DNA of 64,000 nt, taken from NCBI GenBank assembly GCA_963727525.1, contig CAVSGO010000006.1:64001-128000 (forward strand), given 5' to 3'. This document shows positions 40,329 through 50,107 of the stretch, piece after piece. The stretch's first letter is position 1. Each line of letters starts with the position of its first letter. The stretch comes from an uncultured bacterium (lineage in GTDB: Bacteria; Krumholzibacteriota; Krumholzibacteriia; LZORAL124-64-63). The notes beneath the pieces were generated by a model. It made no database searches and had not been told where the DNA came from. It was given only the letters and a program-made list of their open reading frames with translations. Both the position numbers and the translations under genes were made by a program.

Positions 40329-40343
40329 TGGTGTACGTTTTGC
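40329..40343 (+). promoter_or_regulatory. Candidate sigma54 promoter of the porin-cytochrome operon
   Basis: TGGTGT-ACGTT-TTGC (GG-N10-GC), 50 nt upstream of the ATG, after a ~300-bp AT-rich tract. Confidence 0.55.
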
Positions 40344-40393
40344 AACACCTGTCAGCGTATCAACACCTTGATGACCCTGTTCAAGGAGACGGC

Positions 40394-41362
40394 ATGCGCA
40401 CGAACGGCGGATCACCAACCTTCCACGTGATGGCCTTGGCCACGTGCACGGTGCTCTGCCTGGGCCTGATCGCCCTCCTTCCCGGAGTGGCAACGGCCCA
40501 GGACGCGATGCGAACGACCGAGACCTGCCTCGGATGCCACGACGGTCAGGCCGCGAACCTGGTGGGGAGTCCTCACCAGATCACGGCACTGACGGACGCG
40601 GCCGGGGCACGCATTGCTTGCACCGACTGTCACAAGGGCCCTGCCAGCCACTGGGAGGACGACCCCGAATCGAATCCAATGGGCAATCCGGCCACGGTCT
40701 CGGCCGATGCGGCGGCGAAGCTTTGCGCCGGTTGCCACGTCAACCCTCACCAGCAATCGATGATGACCGGCGATCCGCACAACACCGCCGGCGTGTCCTG
40801 CACGAGCTGCCACCAGGTGCATGGTGGAGCGAACCGCGCCGATCTGCTGAAGCAGCCGGAGCCCGGTCTCTGCTACAGCTGCCATGGCGCCGTGCAGGGG
40901 CAATTCGCGCAGCCGTCGCGTCATCCCGTCGCCGATGGGGTCATGACGTGCAGCGACTGCCACCTCAAGTCTGCGGACGCGCGCGGTGCGCTCACATGGT
41001 CGGGCACCAACGCGATGTGCGTGAGCTGCCACGACCAGTTCCAGGGACCGTTTCCCTTCGAGCACCAGGCAACCATGGACTTCTCCACGGAAGAGGGCGG
41101 ATGTCTGAGCTGTCACGACCCGCACGGATCGGCCCTGCCGCGTCTGCTCAAGCAGCCGTACGAGTCGCCTCACTACAACCTCTGTACCCAGTGCCACGCG
41201 GTTCCCAAGCACAACTTCAATCAGGAGCACGGCACCGCCTGGGCGGGCGTGGCCTGCACAGAGTGTCACGTCGACGTTCACGGATCCTACGAGAACCGGC
41301 TGTTCCTGACGCCGGCTCTGCGGGCTCAGGGCTGTTCCGCCGTGGGCTGCCACCATTTCTAG
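40394..41362 (+). CDS. Periplasmic decaheme cytochrome c, MtrA/DmsE family
   Basis: Signal peptide; 10 CxxCH plus terminal CSAVGCH; GPFPFEH and CHDPHGS; AAGGAG RBS. Confidence 0.9.
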   Translation: MRTNGGSPTFHVMALATCTVLCLGLIALLPGVATAQDAMRTTETCLGCHDGQAANLVGSPHQITALTDAAGARIACTDCHKGPASHWEDDPESNPMGNPATVSADAAAKLCAGCHVNPHQQSMMTGDPHNTAGVSCTSCHQVHGGANRADLLKQPEPGLCYSCHGAVQGQFAQPSRHPVADGVMTCSDCHLKSADARGALTWSGTNAMCVSCHDQFQGPFPFEHQATMDFSTEEGGCLSCHDPHGSALPRLLKQPYESPHYNLCTQCHAVPKHNFNQEHGTAWAGVACTECHVDVHGSYENRLFLTPALRAQGCSAVGCHHF

Positions 41363-41374
41363 AAGGGGCGACCA

Positions 41375-42943
41375 ATGCGACGATCGACTGCGACGACAAC
41401 CTGTCTGGCTCTGTTGCTGGGCCTGTTGTACGCGGCGCCCGTCCACTGCGCGACGCTGAATGGAACGCTCACGCTCGGAAACATCAGTCTGGACGAGGAT
41501 GCCGGCGATCTGTCCGCGATGCAGGAGACGTACAACATCCACGACGGATTCTCCGTCTCGCAGATCCTGCTCAACGGCCAGCTCAGCGACCGGAACATGT
41601 TCCAGCTCGACCTGCGTGAGATCAACCTGGACAGCCGCAAGGGGCTCTTCACCTACCGGCTGGCCGACGTCGGCGACGTGACGGTGCGCTATGACCAGCA
41701 TCGGCAGCTCTTCGATGCCGATGGTGCCGTCAGTTCCGAGCGCAAGGATCTGCGCATCGGAGCCAGGGCGGCCATGACACCGTGGCTGCGCGTGTCGGGC
41801 AACTACAATCACCAGACGCGCGCGGGCGACCGACTGGGCTATCCAGCCGGCAACATCGGCTGGCTGGGCAACGGCTACGACTACACGCTGCAGACCGGCC
41901 GCGTGGAGGCCGAGGTGCATGACCACGTCCGCGGTCTGGCCGTGGGCTACGAGATGTCGGACTATGCCGACACTGAGCACAACGGTACCGACCGCCAGGG
42001 CCATGTGGTCTCGGTGCGTGGTCACATGCCCTGCCTGTTCTTGCCCGATCACGTGTCGCACTACGTGCGCGCGGCGTTCGGCCAGCAGGAACTGGTGGGC
42101 AGCGGCCTGCAGTACGACATGGCGTCATTCCAGTACGTGGGCGTGGTCAAGCCGGTGGATCAGTTCAAGTTCAAGTACGACCTGTACCTGAGCCGCGTGG
42201 ACGACGACGCCACCGATCTGAAGACGGACGACATCCGCAACAACTTCGACCTGACCTACTTCTTCAAGTACGGCCAGGTCTTCGGTGGTTATAGCTACGT
42301 GACTGCCGACGACGACCGCACCCTCACCAGCTCCAATGTCTGGCGTGTGGGAGCGGCGGGCGGCTATCACCATGCGATCCGCGCCAAGGTGAGCTACGCC
42401 ACGTCGGACAAGACCGACACCGAGCAGCTCACCTTGCTCAAGGACGTGGAGCAGGACCGTTTCCGGGCGAGCCTGCAGTCGCAACCGGTTGAGAATCTGA
42501 CGGTCGGCGCGTCCTATGCCGACCGCACGCGGGAGTTCCCTGTCATCAACGTGAAGGCCACCGGCAAGCAGGTGAGCACCTTCGCGCGGGTGACGGTGCC
42601 CGGCTGGGGCGGCTTCGGTGCCGACTACACCTATAGCCGTGACGAGTATGACGACCTGGTGGCGGGATACGACGCCGAGAGCAACGTCGTGACCGGCCGT
42701 GTCGACGTGGATTACATCAAGAATCTGCGTCTGTCCGCCGCCGTGTCCTATCTGGATATCGGAAAGGACCTCGATATCGAGAAGTCGATCCTCTCCTTCG
42801 AGGGGCGTTACAACCTGCTCGACGACTATCACATCGAGGTCAAGTACAACGTCTACAACTACGACGACTACATCCTGCTGGACCGCTACTACACGGCCAA
42901 CGTCGTGTGGGTGAACATCGGTTACGATTTCTCGGTGGAGTAG
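41375..42943 (+). CDS. Outer-membrane beta-barrel porin (MtrB/PioB-like role)
   Basis: Signal peptide; amphipathic Tyr/Asp-rich beta strands; C-terminal VNIGYDF; lies between two cytochromes. Confidence 0.8.
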   Translation: MRRSTATTTCLALLLGLLYAAPVHCATLNGTLTLGNISLDEDAGDLSAMQETYNIHDGFSVSQILLNGQLSDRNMFQLDLREINLDSRKGLFTYRLADVGDVTVRYDQHRQLFDADGAVSSERKDLRIGARAAMTPWLRVSGNYNHQTRAGDRLGYPAGNIGWLGNGYDYTLQTGRVEAEVHDHVRGLAVGYEMSDYADTEHNGTDRQGHVVSVRGHMPCLFLPDHVSHYVRAAFGQQELVGSGLQYDMASFQYVGVVKPVDQFKFKYDLYLSRVDDDATDLKTDDIRNNFDLTYFFKYGQVFGGYSYVTADDDRTLTSSNVWRVGAAGGYHHAIRAKVSYATSDKTDTEQLTLLKDVEQDRFRASLQSQPVENLTVGASYADRTREFPVINVKATGKQVSTFARVTVPGWGGFGADYTYSRDEYDDLVAGYDAESNVVTGRVDVDYIKNLRLSAAVSYLDIGKDLDIEKSILSFEGRYNLLDDYHIEVKYNVYNYDDYILLDRYYTANVVWVNIGYDFSVE

Positions 42944-42980
42944 CATTCGCGTTCTCGAGTACGAGGCAAGGAGGAAGACA

Positions 42981-44006
42981 ATGTCCGCTCTCAGGAATCT
43001 CAGTCTAATCACGATCGTGCTACTGCTCCTGGTCGGTGTGACCGCATGCGACCGCACGATCACCCGTGTCGAGCAGGTGGCGGATCAGCCCAGCAGCTGC
43101 TTCAACTGCCATGGCGACGACAACACCGCGCTCATCTCGGCCCAGCTGGCATGGGAGAACTCGCGCCACGCGAGCGGCCTCAATACCAACCGGGCCACGG
43201 CCGACTGCTCCGGTTGCCATACCGGCGACGGCTTCATCGCGCGCGCCGAAGGGAACATCCCCGAGGCCTACGACAACCCGTCGGTCATCCATTGCTTCAC
43301 CTGCCACGCGCCGCACAGCAACGGCGACTTCGGTCTGCGCTGGACGGAAATGGCCACGCTCGAGGACGGCACCACGTTCGATCTCCACGCTGGCAACCTC
43401 TGCGTGGCTTGCCACCATGCGCGCGACGACGTCAACACCTTCGTGCGCACGGGCGGCGACGTGACGATCAGCAGCACCCACTGGGGTCCGCACCATGGCC
43501 CGCAGGGCGACATGCTGCTGGGCTCCAACGGCTACGAGTACGACAGCTACGGCTACGAGCAGACGCCATACCACCGCACCCTCACCCAGGACGGCTGCGT
43601 GGACTGCCACTTCAAGACCACGCGCAACTTCGTGGTGGGCGGCCACTCGTTCAACATGGAGGCCGATCTCGAGGGCTCCACGGTGCGCAACACCGCGGCC
43701 TGCGCGGCGTGCCACACCGGCCTCAGCGATTTCAACTACAACTCCGTGCAGGACAGCGTGGCCACCATGCTGACGACGCTGGAGACTTCGCTCGAGGATG
43801 CGGGCCTGTTCACCAGTGGCCACCCGGTCGCACAGACCGTGGCCGAGGCCGACGCGGGCGCCATGTGGAACTACCTGCTGGTCGAGGAAGACCGCAGCAT
43901 GGGCGTTCACAACTCGAAGTACATCATCGGACTTCTTGACTCTTCCATTCAATATTTGGCGGACAAGAAGTCGGTTGCACCGCTGGCTCTGGTTGACCAA
44001 GATTAG
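42981..44006 (+). CDS. Hexaheme lipoprotein cytochrome c
   Basis: GVTAC lipobox; 6 CxxCH; GPHHGPQ and EDRSMGVHN motifs. Confidence 0.88.
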   Translation: MSALRNLSLITIVLLLLVGVTACDRTITRVEQVADQPSSCFNCHGDDNTALISAQLAWENSRHASGLNTNRATADCSGCHTGDGFIARAEGNIPEAYDNPSVIHCFTCHAPHSNGDFGLRWTEMATLEDGTTFDLHAGNLCVACHHARDDVNTFVRTGGDVTISSTHWGPHHGPQGDMLLGSNGYEYDSYGYEQTPYHRTLTQDGCVDCHFKTTRNFVVGGHSFNMEADLEGSTVRNTAACAACHTGLSDFNYNSVQDSVATMLTTLETSLEDAGLFTSGHPVAQTVAEADAGAMWNYLLVEEDRSMGVHNSKYIIGLLDSSIQYLADKKSVAPLALVDQD

Positions 44007-44050
44007 ACCAGACCAGTAGGACTGCGCGAGCAGCATACTCGCTGAATCAC

Positions 44051-44083
44051 ACACGGGCGGGGACGGTCTCCGCCCGTGTTTTC
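44051..44083 (+). terminator. Intrinsic terminator-like hairpin
   Basis: ACACGGGCGG...CCGCCCGTGT followed by TTTC. Confidence 0.6.
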
Positions 44084-44097
44084 TGAGAGGGATCACC

Positions 44098-46719
44098 GTG
44101 AACTTGAGAGCTTCACTGCGTGCGCTGGCCGTGTTTATTCTCGCCGCGACACTGTCCAGCATCACCTCTCTCTCCTCGGCGTACGCCGACAACGACACGT
44201 GCTTCATGTGCCACGACGATGCGTCGCTCAAGAGCGAGTCGGGCAAGTCCGTCGGCGTTCTGGCGAAGTTGTTCGATGCGAGTGTTCACGCCGGCCTGGA
44301 GTGCACCGACTGCCACACGCAGGACGCGAACTTCGATGACGTGCCGCATTTCTCGCGTTACCAGCCGGTCAATTGCGCGATGTGCCACGAGGACGCGGCG
44401 CACAGCTTCGGATTGAATTTTCACGCCAAGGCGGCTACCCAGGGCAACACCAATGCTCCGAACTGCAAGGACTGCCACGGCGTCGACGGCAATCCCCACG
44501 CGATGCGCGCCCTTACCGCGCGCACGGCGGAGTCGGCGTGCCGACGGTGCCACGCTTCGGAAGCCAAGATCTATGACACCGGTGTGCATGCGATCGCCGA
44601 CAAGGGTGGTCGCGAGAGGGCCGGATGCGTGACCTGCCACCAGTCGCACGGCCCGGGTCTGCCGCCCTCGTCCGGCGCCGTGAACGGCCTCTGCGAGAAG
44701 TGCCACAAGGGCGCCATGGAGGACGTCCAGCGCGGTGGCCACGTGGCCATTGGCGAGGGACTCAACCAGACGCTGAACTGCGCTTCGTGCCACGACGTGC
44801 ATGGCACGCACAAGCCGCACCTGTCCGCGCGCGTGGCCCAGGCGTGCGTCACCTGCCACCAGAAGGAACGCGATGCCTTCATAGGGTCGGTACACGAGAC
44901 GCTCATCGCCGGCGGCACGATGCATTGCCTTTCCTGTCACAGCACGCACAAGGACGAGGCGGCGGCGCGGCAGTACGACGCGGGCTGCGGCAGTTGCCAC
45001 GGCGACGTGGAAAAGATCTACCGCGGTAGCGTGCACCGTTTCGGCCGCTTGCGCGGCGATGACGGTGCCGCGACGTGTGCCAACTGTCACCACGGACACC
45101 ATATCCTCCCGGCGACCGATCCGGCGTCGCCGACGAATCGCTTGAACATTCCCAGCACCTGCGGCGAATGCCACACCGATGAGAGCATCGTCACCAAGGA
45201 CTTCGTGCGTCTGCCGATCACGCTGCCAAACTACATGAACTCGGTGCACGGCAAGGGGCTCGTGGCGGGCAAACCCACCGCGACCTGCACCGACTGCCAT
45301 GGCACGCACGACCTGCAGACCGCCCAGGATCCGAATTCGAAGATCAATCGGTTCCACATCGCGCAGACGTGCAGCAAGTGCCACGCGGATATCGCGGAGA
45401 AATACGAGAACTCGATCCACGGCAAGGCTGTGCAGGTGGGTATCGAGGATTCGCCGACCTGCATCGATTGCCACGACGAGCACCTGATCAAGGACGTCAA
45501 GGACCCCACCGCGCGGCAGAATCCAGAGAACATCGCGCGCGAGCTGTGCGGTGACTGCCACAACAACTCGGACATGGTGTCGAAGTACGGCATCGCCGCG
45601 GGCGTCGTGAGCAGCTATCTCGACAGCTACCACGGGTGGGCGATCAGCCGCGGGGGAACCCTCGTGGCCACCTGCGTCGATTGCCACACGACCCACGAGA
45701 TCCGGGCCCCGCAGGATCCCGAGTCGTCGGTCTTCGTGGACAACGTGACAAAAACGTGCGGCAAGTGCCACGCGAATGCCAACGAGACGTTTTCCCGCTC
45801 TTACACGCACGCGGGCGCGCTAGCGGCGCGCGGGCCGCACGGCTGGGCGAAGCTGATCTACCTCATCCTGATCGCCGTGGTGCTTGGCGGCATGGCGCTG
45901 CACAACTTCGTGATCGCGCGCTTCGAGATCATCAAGCACCGCGTGCGCCGGCGCCGGGAGGCGTACGTCGTGCGCTGGCAGCGCGTGGAGCGCGTGCAGC
46001 ACCTGATCCTGCTCACGTCGTTCTTCGGCCTGGCCATCACCGGCTTCGCGCTGCGCATGCACGACGCCTGGTGGGTCAAGGTGATCGGCCTCGGTGGCTC
46101 CGAGTCGGTGCGCGCCAACCTGCACCGCGCGCTGGCCGTGATCCTCACCGGAGCAGCGTTCTTCCACCTGTGGTGGATCATCGCCACCCGGCGCGGTCGT
46201 TACGCCGTCAAGGAGATGGCGCCCGGCGCGCACGACATCGTGCACTTCATCAAGAACATGGGCTTCCACCTGGGCTTCACGTCCGAGCGACCGAAGTTCC
46301 GACGGTTCGATTACACGCAGAAGGCGGAGTACTGGGCGGTCGTCTGGGGCACCATGGTCATGGCTCTCACCGGGCTCGTGCTGTGGTTCCCCGTGCTGGT
46401 GACCACCTGGACGCCCGCCTGGGTGGTGCGCGTGGCCGAGGTGGTGCACTACTACGAGGCCATCCTCGCGGTCTCGGCCATCATCATCTGGCACTTCTTC
46501 TACGTCATCTTCATGCCATCGGAGTACCCGGTGAGCACCGTGTGGCTCGACGGCCGCATGCCGGAGCACGACTGGAAGGAATTCCACGCGGCCGAGCACG
46601 AGACCGACGGCGACGCAGTGGTGCAGCAGCCCGGGCCCAGCACCGATCTGCCCGGCATCGCGGTGTTCGTGCCCAAGGCGTTGCGCAGCAAGCGTCCTCC
46701 CGACCCGAAACACGGGTGA
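44098..46719 (+). CDS. CbcL-like inner-membrane protein: 19-heme cytochrome c domain plus FdnI/HydC-type cytochrome b domain
   Basis: 19 CxxCH counted; C-terminal ERVQH, LHR, RFDYTQKAEYW, VHYYEAILA, WHFF TM domain. Confidence 0.9.
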   Translation: MNLRASLRALAVFILAATLSSITSLSSAYADNDTCFMCHDDASLKSESGKSVGVLAKLFDASVHAGLECTDCHTQDANFDDVPHFSRYQPVNCAMCHEDAAHSFGLNFHAKAATQGNTNAPNCKDCHGVDGNPHAMRALTARTAESACRRCHASEAKIYDTGVHAIADKGGRERAGCVTCHQSHGPGLPPSSGAVNGLCEKCHKGAMEDVQRGGHVAIGEGLNQTLNCASCHDVHGTHKPHLSARVAQACVTCHQKERDAFIGSVHETLIAGGTMHCLSCHSTHKDEAAARQYDAGCGSCHGDVEKIYRGSVHRFGRLRGDDGAATCANCHHGHHILPATDPASPTNRLNIPSTCGECHTDESIVTKDFVRLPITLPNYMNSVHGKGLVAGKPTATCTDCHGTHDLQTAQDPNSKINRFHIAQTCSKCHADIAEKYENSIHGKAVQVGIEDSPTCIDCHDEHLIKDVKDPTARQNPENIARELCGDCHNNSDMVSKYGIAAGVVSSYLDSYHGWAISRGGTLVATCVDCHTTHEIRAPQDPESSVFVDNVTKTCGKCHANANETFSRSYTHAGALAARGPHGWAKLIYLILIAVVLGGMALHNFVIARFEIIKHRVRRRREAYVVRWQRVERVQHLILLTSFFGLAITGFALRMHDAWWVKVIGLGGSESVRANLHRALAVILTGAAFFHLWWIIATRRGRYAVKEMAPGAHDIVHFIKNMGFHLGFTSERPKFRRFDYTQKAEYWAVVWGTMVMALTGLVLWFPVLVTTWTPAWVVRVAEVVHYYEAILAVSAIIIWHFFYVIFMPSEYPVSTVWLDGRMPEHDWKEFHAAEHETDGDAVVQQPGPSTDLPGIAVFVPKALRSKRPPDPKHG

Positions 46720-46748
46720 ACGCCCGCTGATTAGTCGCATTCCTCAAT

Positions 46749-46780
46749 GAGGCCCCGGAGATCCTTACCGGGGCCTCTTG
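46749..46780 (+). terminator. Terminator-like hairpin closing the cytochrome operon
   Basis: GAGGCCCCGG-N9-CCGGGGCCTC-TTG. Confidence 0.6.
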
Positions 46781-46900
46781 ATATTCCGTTGTCACAGCTG
46801 CTGCCCGGACTCGTAATCTGTGATACCCTGGAGAGCGCCGCGCCTATCGGGAGCGGCGACCTCGCCGGCCTGATGGTGGATCACCCCAATGAAAGGCCAC

Positions 46901-49543
46901 ATGATCATGTCTCGATATGGACCCCAGATTCGTTGGCGCCGCGTCGCCCCGCTGATCGCGGCGCTCCTATCCATCCTCGCCCTCCCCGCATCCGCCGACC
47001 CACCCCATGTGCCTCAGACCTCGCATCTCCTGCCCGGCGACGGCGGCTCCTTCCCCGCGCTCGCGGACCAGACGACGCCTTCCATTGCCGCGGGCAATGG
47101 GGGGTTTCTCGCCGTCTGGACCGATGAACGCTCCACCGTGCTCGCCGGCGGTGGCACAGGCAAGGACATCTACGCGGCCCGGCTCGCGGGCGACGGCAGC
47201 GTGATCGACACGATCCCCATCGTCGTCACGCGCGCCGCGGGCGACCAGTATGATCCCACGGCGGTCTGGAACGGCACCGACTGGCTCGTCATCTGGACCG
47301 GCACCGTGGTTGAAACGCCTTACCCGCGCCACAACACCGAGGGCGCCCGTGTCTCTGGCGACGGCGCGTTGCTCGACGCGCAACCCTTCGAGATCTGGGA
47401 ATTCGGCGACAGCGGCGAGCACGTGGTCGGCGCCGCGAGCGACGGTCAGAACTGGGCCGTCGTCATGACCGACATCTACGTCAATGGACTCTCCACGAAT
47501 ACGCGCCTCGTCGGCCGCAAGATCTCGTCCACGGGCGTCGTCACCGGCGCGCCGTACTACCTGTACTCGCCCGCCTGTTGCTCCTTCTTCTGGCGCACCG
47601 GCATGGCCTACGCGGGTGGTACGTACATGGTGGTGTTCGAGGGGTACGTCGATAGCTGGAACTACGGCATCTTCGGCCTGCGCCTGAGCCCCGGCCTCAC
47701 GACCCTAGACAGCTATCCCGTGGTGCTCACCGAGATCGCGATGCAGAGCGAAACCCGCTTCTACGCGAGCCCCACGATCACGTCCGACGGCTCCACCTTC
47801 TACGTGGCCTGGGACCTGTGGCACCGATTCGAGAACAGCCAGGTCTACGGAGCTCGGATCATGCCCGACGGCACATCGCTCGACGGGAACGGTGTACCCA
47901 TCTCGGGCGTGCTACCCGAAAACAGCGAGCTGCAGCCCACGGCCAACTGGGACGGCACCCACTGGGTGGTGGGCTGGCCGCAGGGCGCACAGCTCCAGCT
48001 CGCGCGGGTCAGCGGCGTGGGCATTGTCGTGGATCCCGGCGGCGTGGCGAGCGGGCTGCCCCTCGGGACGTCGTTCACCGGACCGGCCGCAGGGCTGCAG
48101 GTCGCCTACGCCGAGGCCCGCCATGCCGATACGCATCCGTTCGATGCCGTCACGGCGCACCTCGATCCGGACCTCGCTGTCGGTCCCGTGGACGTGGTGT
48201 CTCTCGGCGCGCCCATGCAGCTCGACGCCGCCATCGCCCACGGCACCCTGGGGGCGCTGATCGTGTCGGCGAGCCGGACGGCCGACGCCGCGCACATCGT
48301 CGCTCAGCTCGTCGACGACATGGGAGAGGCCATCGGCGCCTCGCCCCTGACGCTGGCAGCCGGCACGGTGGCGCATCCGGACGTGGCGTGGGACGGGACC
48401 CGGTATCTCGTGGCGTGGGACGACGGTGATTCCGTGATGGGGACCCGCATCAGCGCGACCGGGGATCTGCTCGACGCCACACCCGTCGCCCTCCTCGCAG
48501 GTATCGATCCGGCCATCTCCGGCCGCACGCAGGGCTTCCTCGTGGCTTCCACCGCGACGAGCGGCGCCCAGGCGGTGCGCGTGGATGGAGACGGCACCGT
48601 GGTCGACGCCACGCCGCTCATGCTCGGCGCGGGCCTCGCCAGCCACGCCGCCGCCGCCGCGCTGGACGACCTGTGGCTCACGGTGTGGGAGCAGGATGGT
48701 GCGCCCGATGGCGGCGACGTGATGCTCTCGGCCGTGAACGACGTCGGCGCGGTCGTGGGCCCGATCCCGGTGACGACGCTGGGCGACGGCCTCGCCACTC
48801 GCCATCCGGCCATTGCAGTCGGCGACTCCATCCTCGTGGCCTGGGAAGACGGCCGCAACGGCACGGCTGACATCTACGGCCGCCGCTATTCGTCCGGTCT
48901 GACGGTCGCCGACCCGGCCGGCGGCGTGGCCCTGGTGATGGCCGACGACGACCAGCTCAACCCCGCCGTCGCGTGGGACGGTGTGCGCTTCATCAGCGCC
49001 TTCGATGACACCCGCGACCGCACCACCAGCCTCGACCATGCCATCGCCGTCTATCGGAGCTGGGCCTCGGCCTATGGCCCGATCGCCGAGACCACGGGGC
49101 TCCCGCTGTTTTCCGGCGATACCTCAGCGGCGGGTGCCGCCGTGACCGGCGACGCCGGCAACCAGATCTACGTGGCCTCGGTCTTCCACCCCGAGCAGCC
49201 TTTTGCGGCCACCCGCCTCGAGGTGCGCTTCGCGGGCCGGCCGACCGCCGTGGACGCGGTGCCGTCGCTCACGCGGTTGCTGCCCGCCTACCCCAACCCG
49301 GCCAACCCGGCCACCAATATCCGTTTCACCCTTGCCCGGGCCGGCGACGCGGTGATCGACATCTTCGACACCCGGGGCCGCCACATCCGCAGCCTCCAGG
49401 GCACGGGCCTCACCACCGGCGCCCACGCAATGCTGTGGAACGGCACCGACGTTCGCGGCGAAGCGGCGCCGTCGGGCACGTACCTGTACCGCCTGCGCGC
49501 CGAAGGCATGCAGGCCACCGGCAAGCTCTCGCTGGTAAGATGA
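46901..49543 (+). CDS. Secreted repeat (beta-propeller-like) protein with FlgD-Ig CTD
   Basis: Signal peptide; repeats of P.(V/I)AWDG..(Y/W)LVxW...I.GAR...G..LD; YPNPANP tail. Confidence 0.8.
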   Translation: MIMSRYGPQIRWRRVAPLIAALLSILALPASADPPHVPQTSHLLPGDGGSFPALADQTTPSIAAGNGGFLAVWTDERSTVLAGGGTGKDIYAARLAGDGSVIDTIPIVVTRAAGDQYDPTAVWNGTDWLVIWTGTVVETPYPRHNTEGARVSGDGALLDAQPFEIWEFGDSGEHVVGAASDGQNWAVVMTDIYVNGLSTNTRLVGRKISSTGVVTGAPYYLYSPACCSFFWRTGMAYAGGTYMVVFEGYVDSWNYGIFGLRLSPGLTTLDSYPVVLTEIAMQSETRFYASPTITSDGSTFYVAWDLWHRFENSQVYGARIMPDGTSLDGNGVPISGVLPENSELQPTANWDGTHWVVGWPQGAQLQLARVSGVGIVVDPGGVASGLPLGTSFTGPAAGLQVAYAEARHADTHPFDAVTAHLDPDLAVGPVDVVSLGAPMQLDAAIAHGTLGALIVSASRTADAAHIVAQLVDDMGEAIGASPLTLAAGTVAHPDVAWDGTRYLVAWDDGDSVMGTRISATGDLLDATPVALLAGIDPAISGRTQGFLVASTATSGAQAVRVDGDGTVVDATPLMLGAGLASHAAAAALDDLWLTVWEQDGAPDGGDVMLSAVNDVGAVVGPIPVTTLGDGLATRHPAIAVGDSILVAWEDGRNGTADIYGRRYSSGLTVADPAGGVALVMADDDQLNPAVAWDGVRFISAFDDTRDRTTSLDHAIAVYRSWASAYGPIAETTGLPLFSGDTSAAGAAVTGDAGNQIYVASVFHPEQPFAATRLEVRFAGRPTAVDAVPSLTRLLPAYPNPANPATNIRFTLARAGDAVIDIFDTRGRHIRSLQGTGLTTGAHAMLWNGTDVRGEAAPSGTYLYRLRAEGMQATGKLSLVR

Positions 49544-49663
49544 CCACCCGGTGCCTGTCCGGTTCAGCCGGCGGACGGGCGCCTCATGTCGACGGCAAGC
49601 CCGGTCGTCGCGCCCACACGAGCAGGACGACCGGGCTGCCACGACTCACGCGAGGCTGTGGTC

Positions 49664-50107
49664 TCAGAAGAGCGCCTTCACCGACGACCAGGTGAAGCTC
49701 TCGACGGGATTCGACTCGCAAACAATGGTCGCGGTCCCGCTGCGGGTCCATTCGTCCACGAGTTCCTCGCCGTACGGCGCCACGATATGGACGGAATAGC
49801 CCAGCCTGAAATCCCCTTCGGGATCGAACCCGGTCCAGGTTCCCTCGAAACTGTAGACCTGCGGGTTTGTCTCGTGCGTGATCGTCCCGGACCAGGTCTG
49901 GGTCTCGAGCACGGTCCCGTCGCCGGCGAGCAAGCTGACGGTATAGTCGAGATCGCCCTGAGTCACACCGTTGCGCCAGTTGATACCGACGTCGAGGTTC
50001 CAGGTGGAGCAATTCCCCGACGCCGTGATCTCGGTGAAATCCGTCGCTCCCGCCACGGCCGGAAGGAACAGGCCAAGGCCCACGACCATCATGATCCATC
50101 GTGTCAT
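49664..50107 (-). CDS. Small secreted protein with a TWxxVKALF C-terminal motif
   Basis: GGGAGG RBS, signal peptide, ends PVESFTWSSVKALF. Confidence 0.75.
   Translation of the reverse strand: MTRWIMMVVGLGLFLPAVAGATDFTEITASGNCSTWNLDVGINWRNGVTQGDLDYTVSLLAGDGTVLETQTWSGTITHETNPQVYSFEGTWTGFDPEGDFRLGYSVHIVAPYGEELVDEWTRSGTATIVCESNPVESFTWSSVKALF

Noticed and set aside
42981-44006. NrfA nitrite reductase call for the lipoprotein cytochrome
   Set aside because: No CxxCK active-site motif; all six sites are CxxCH.
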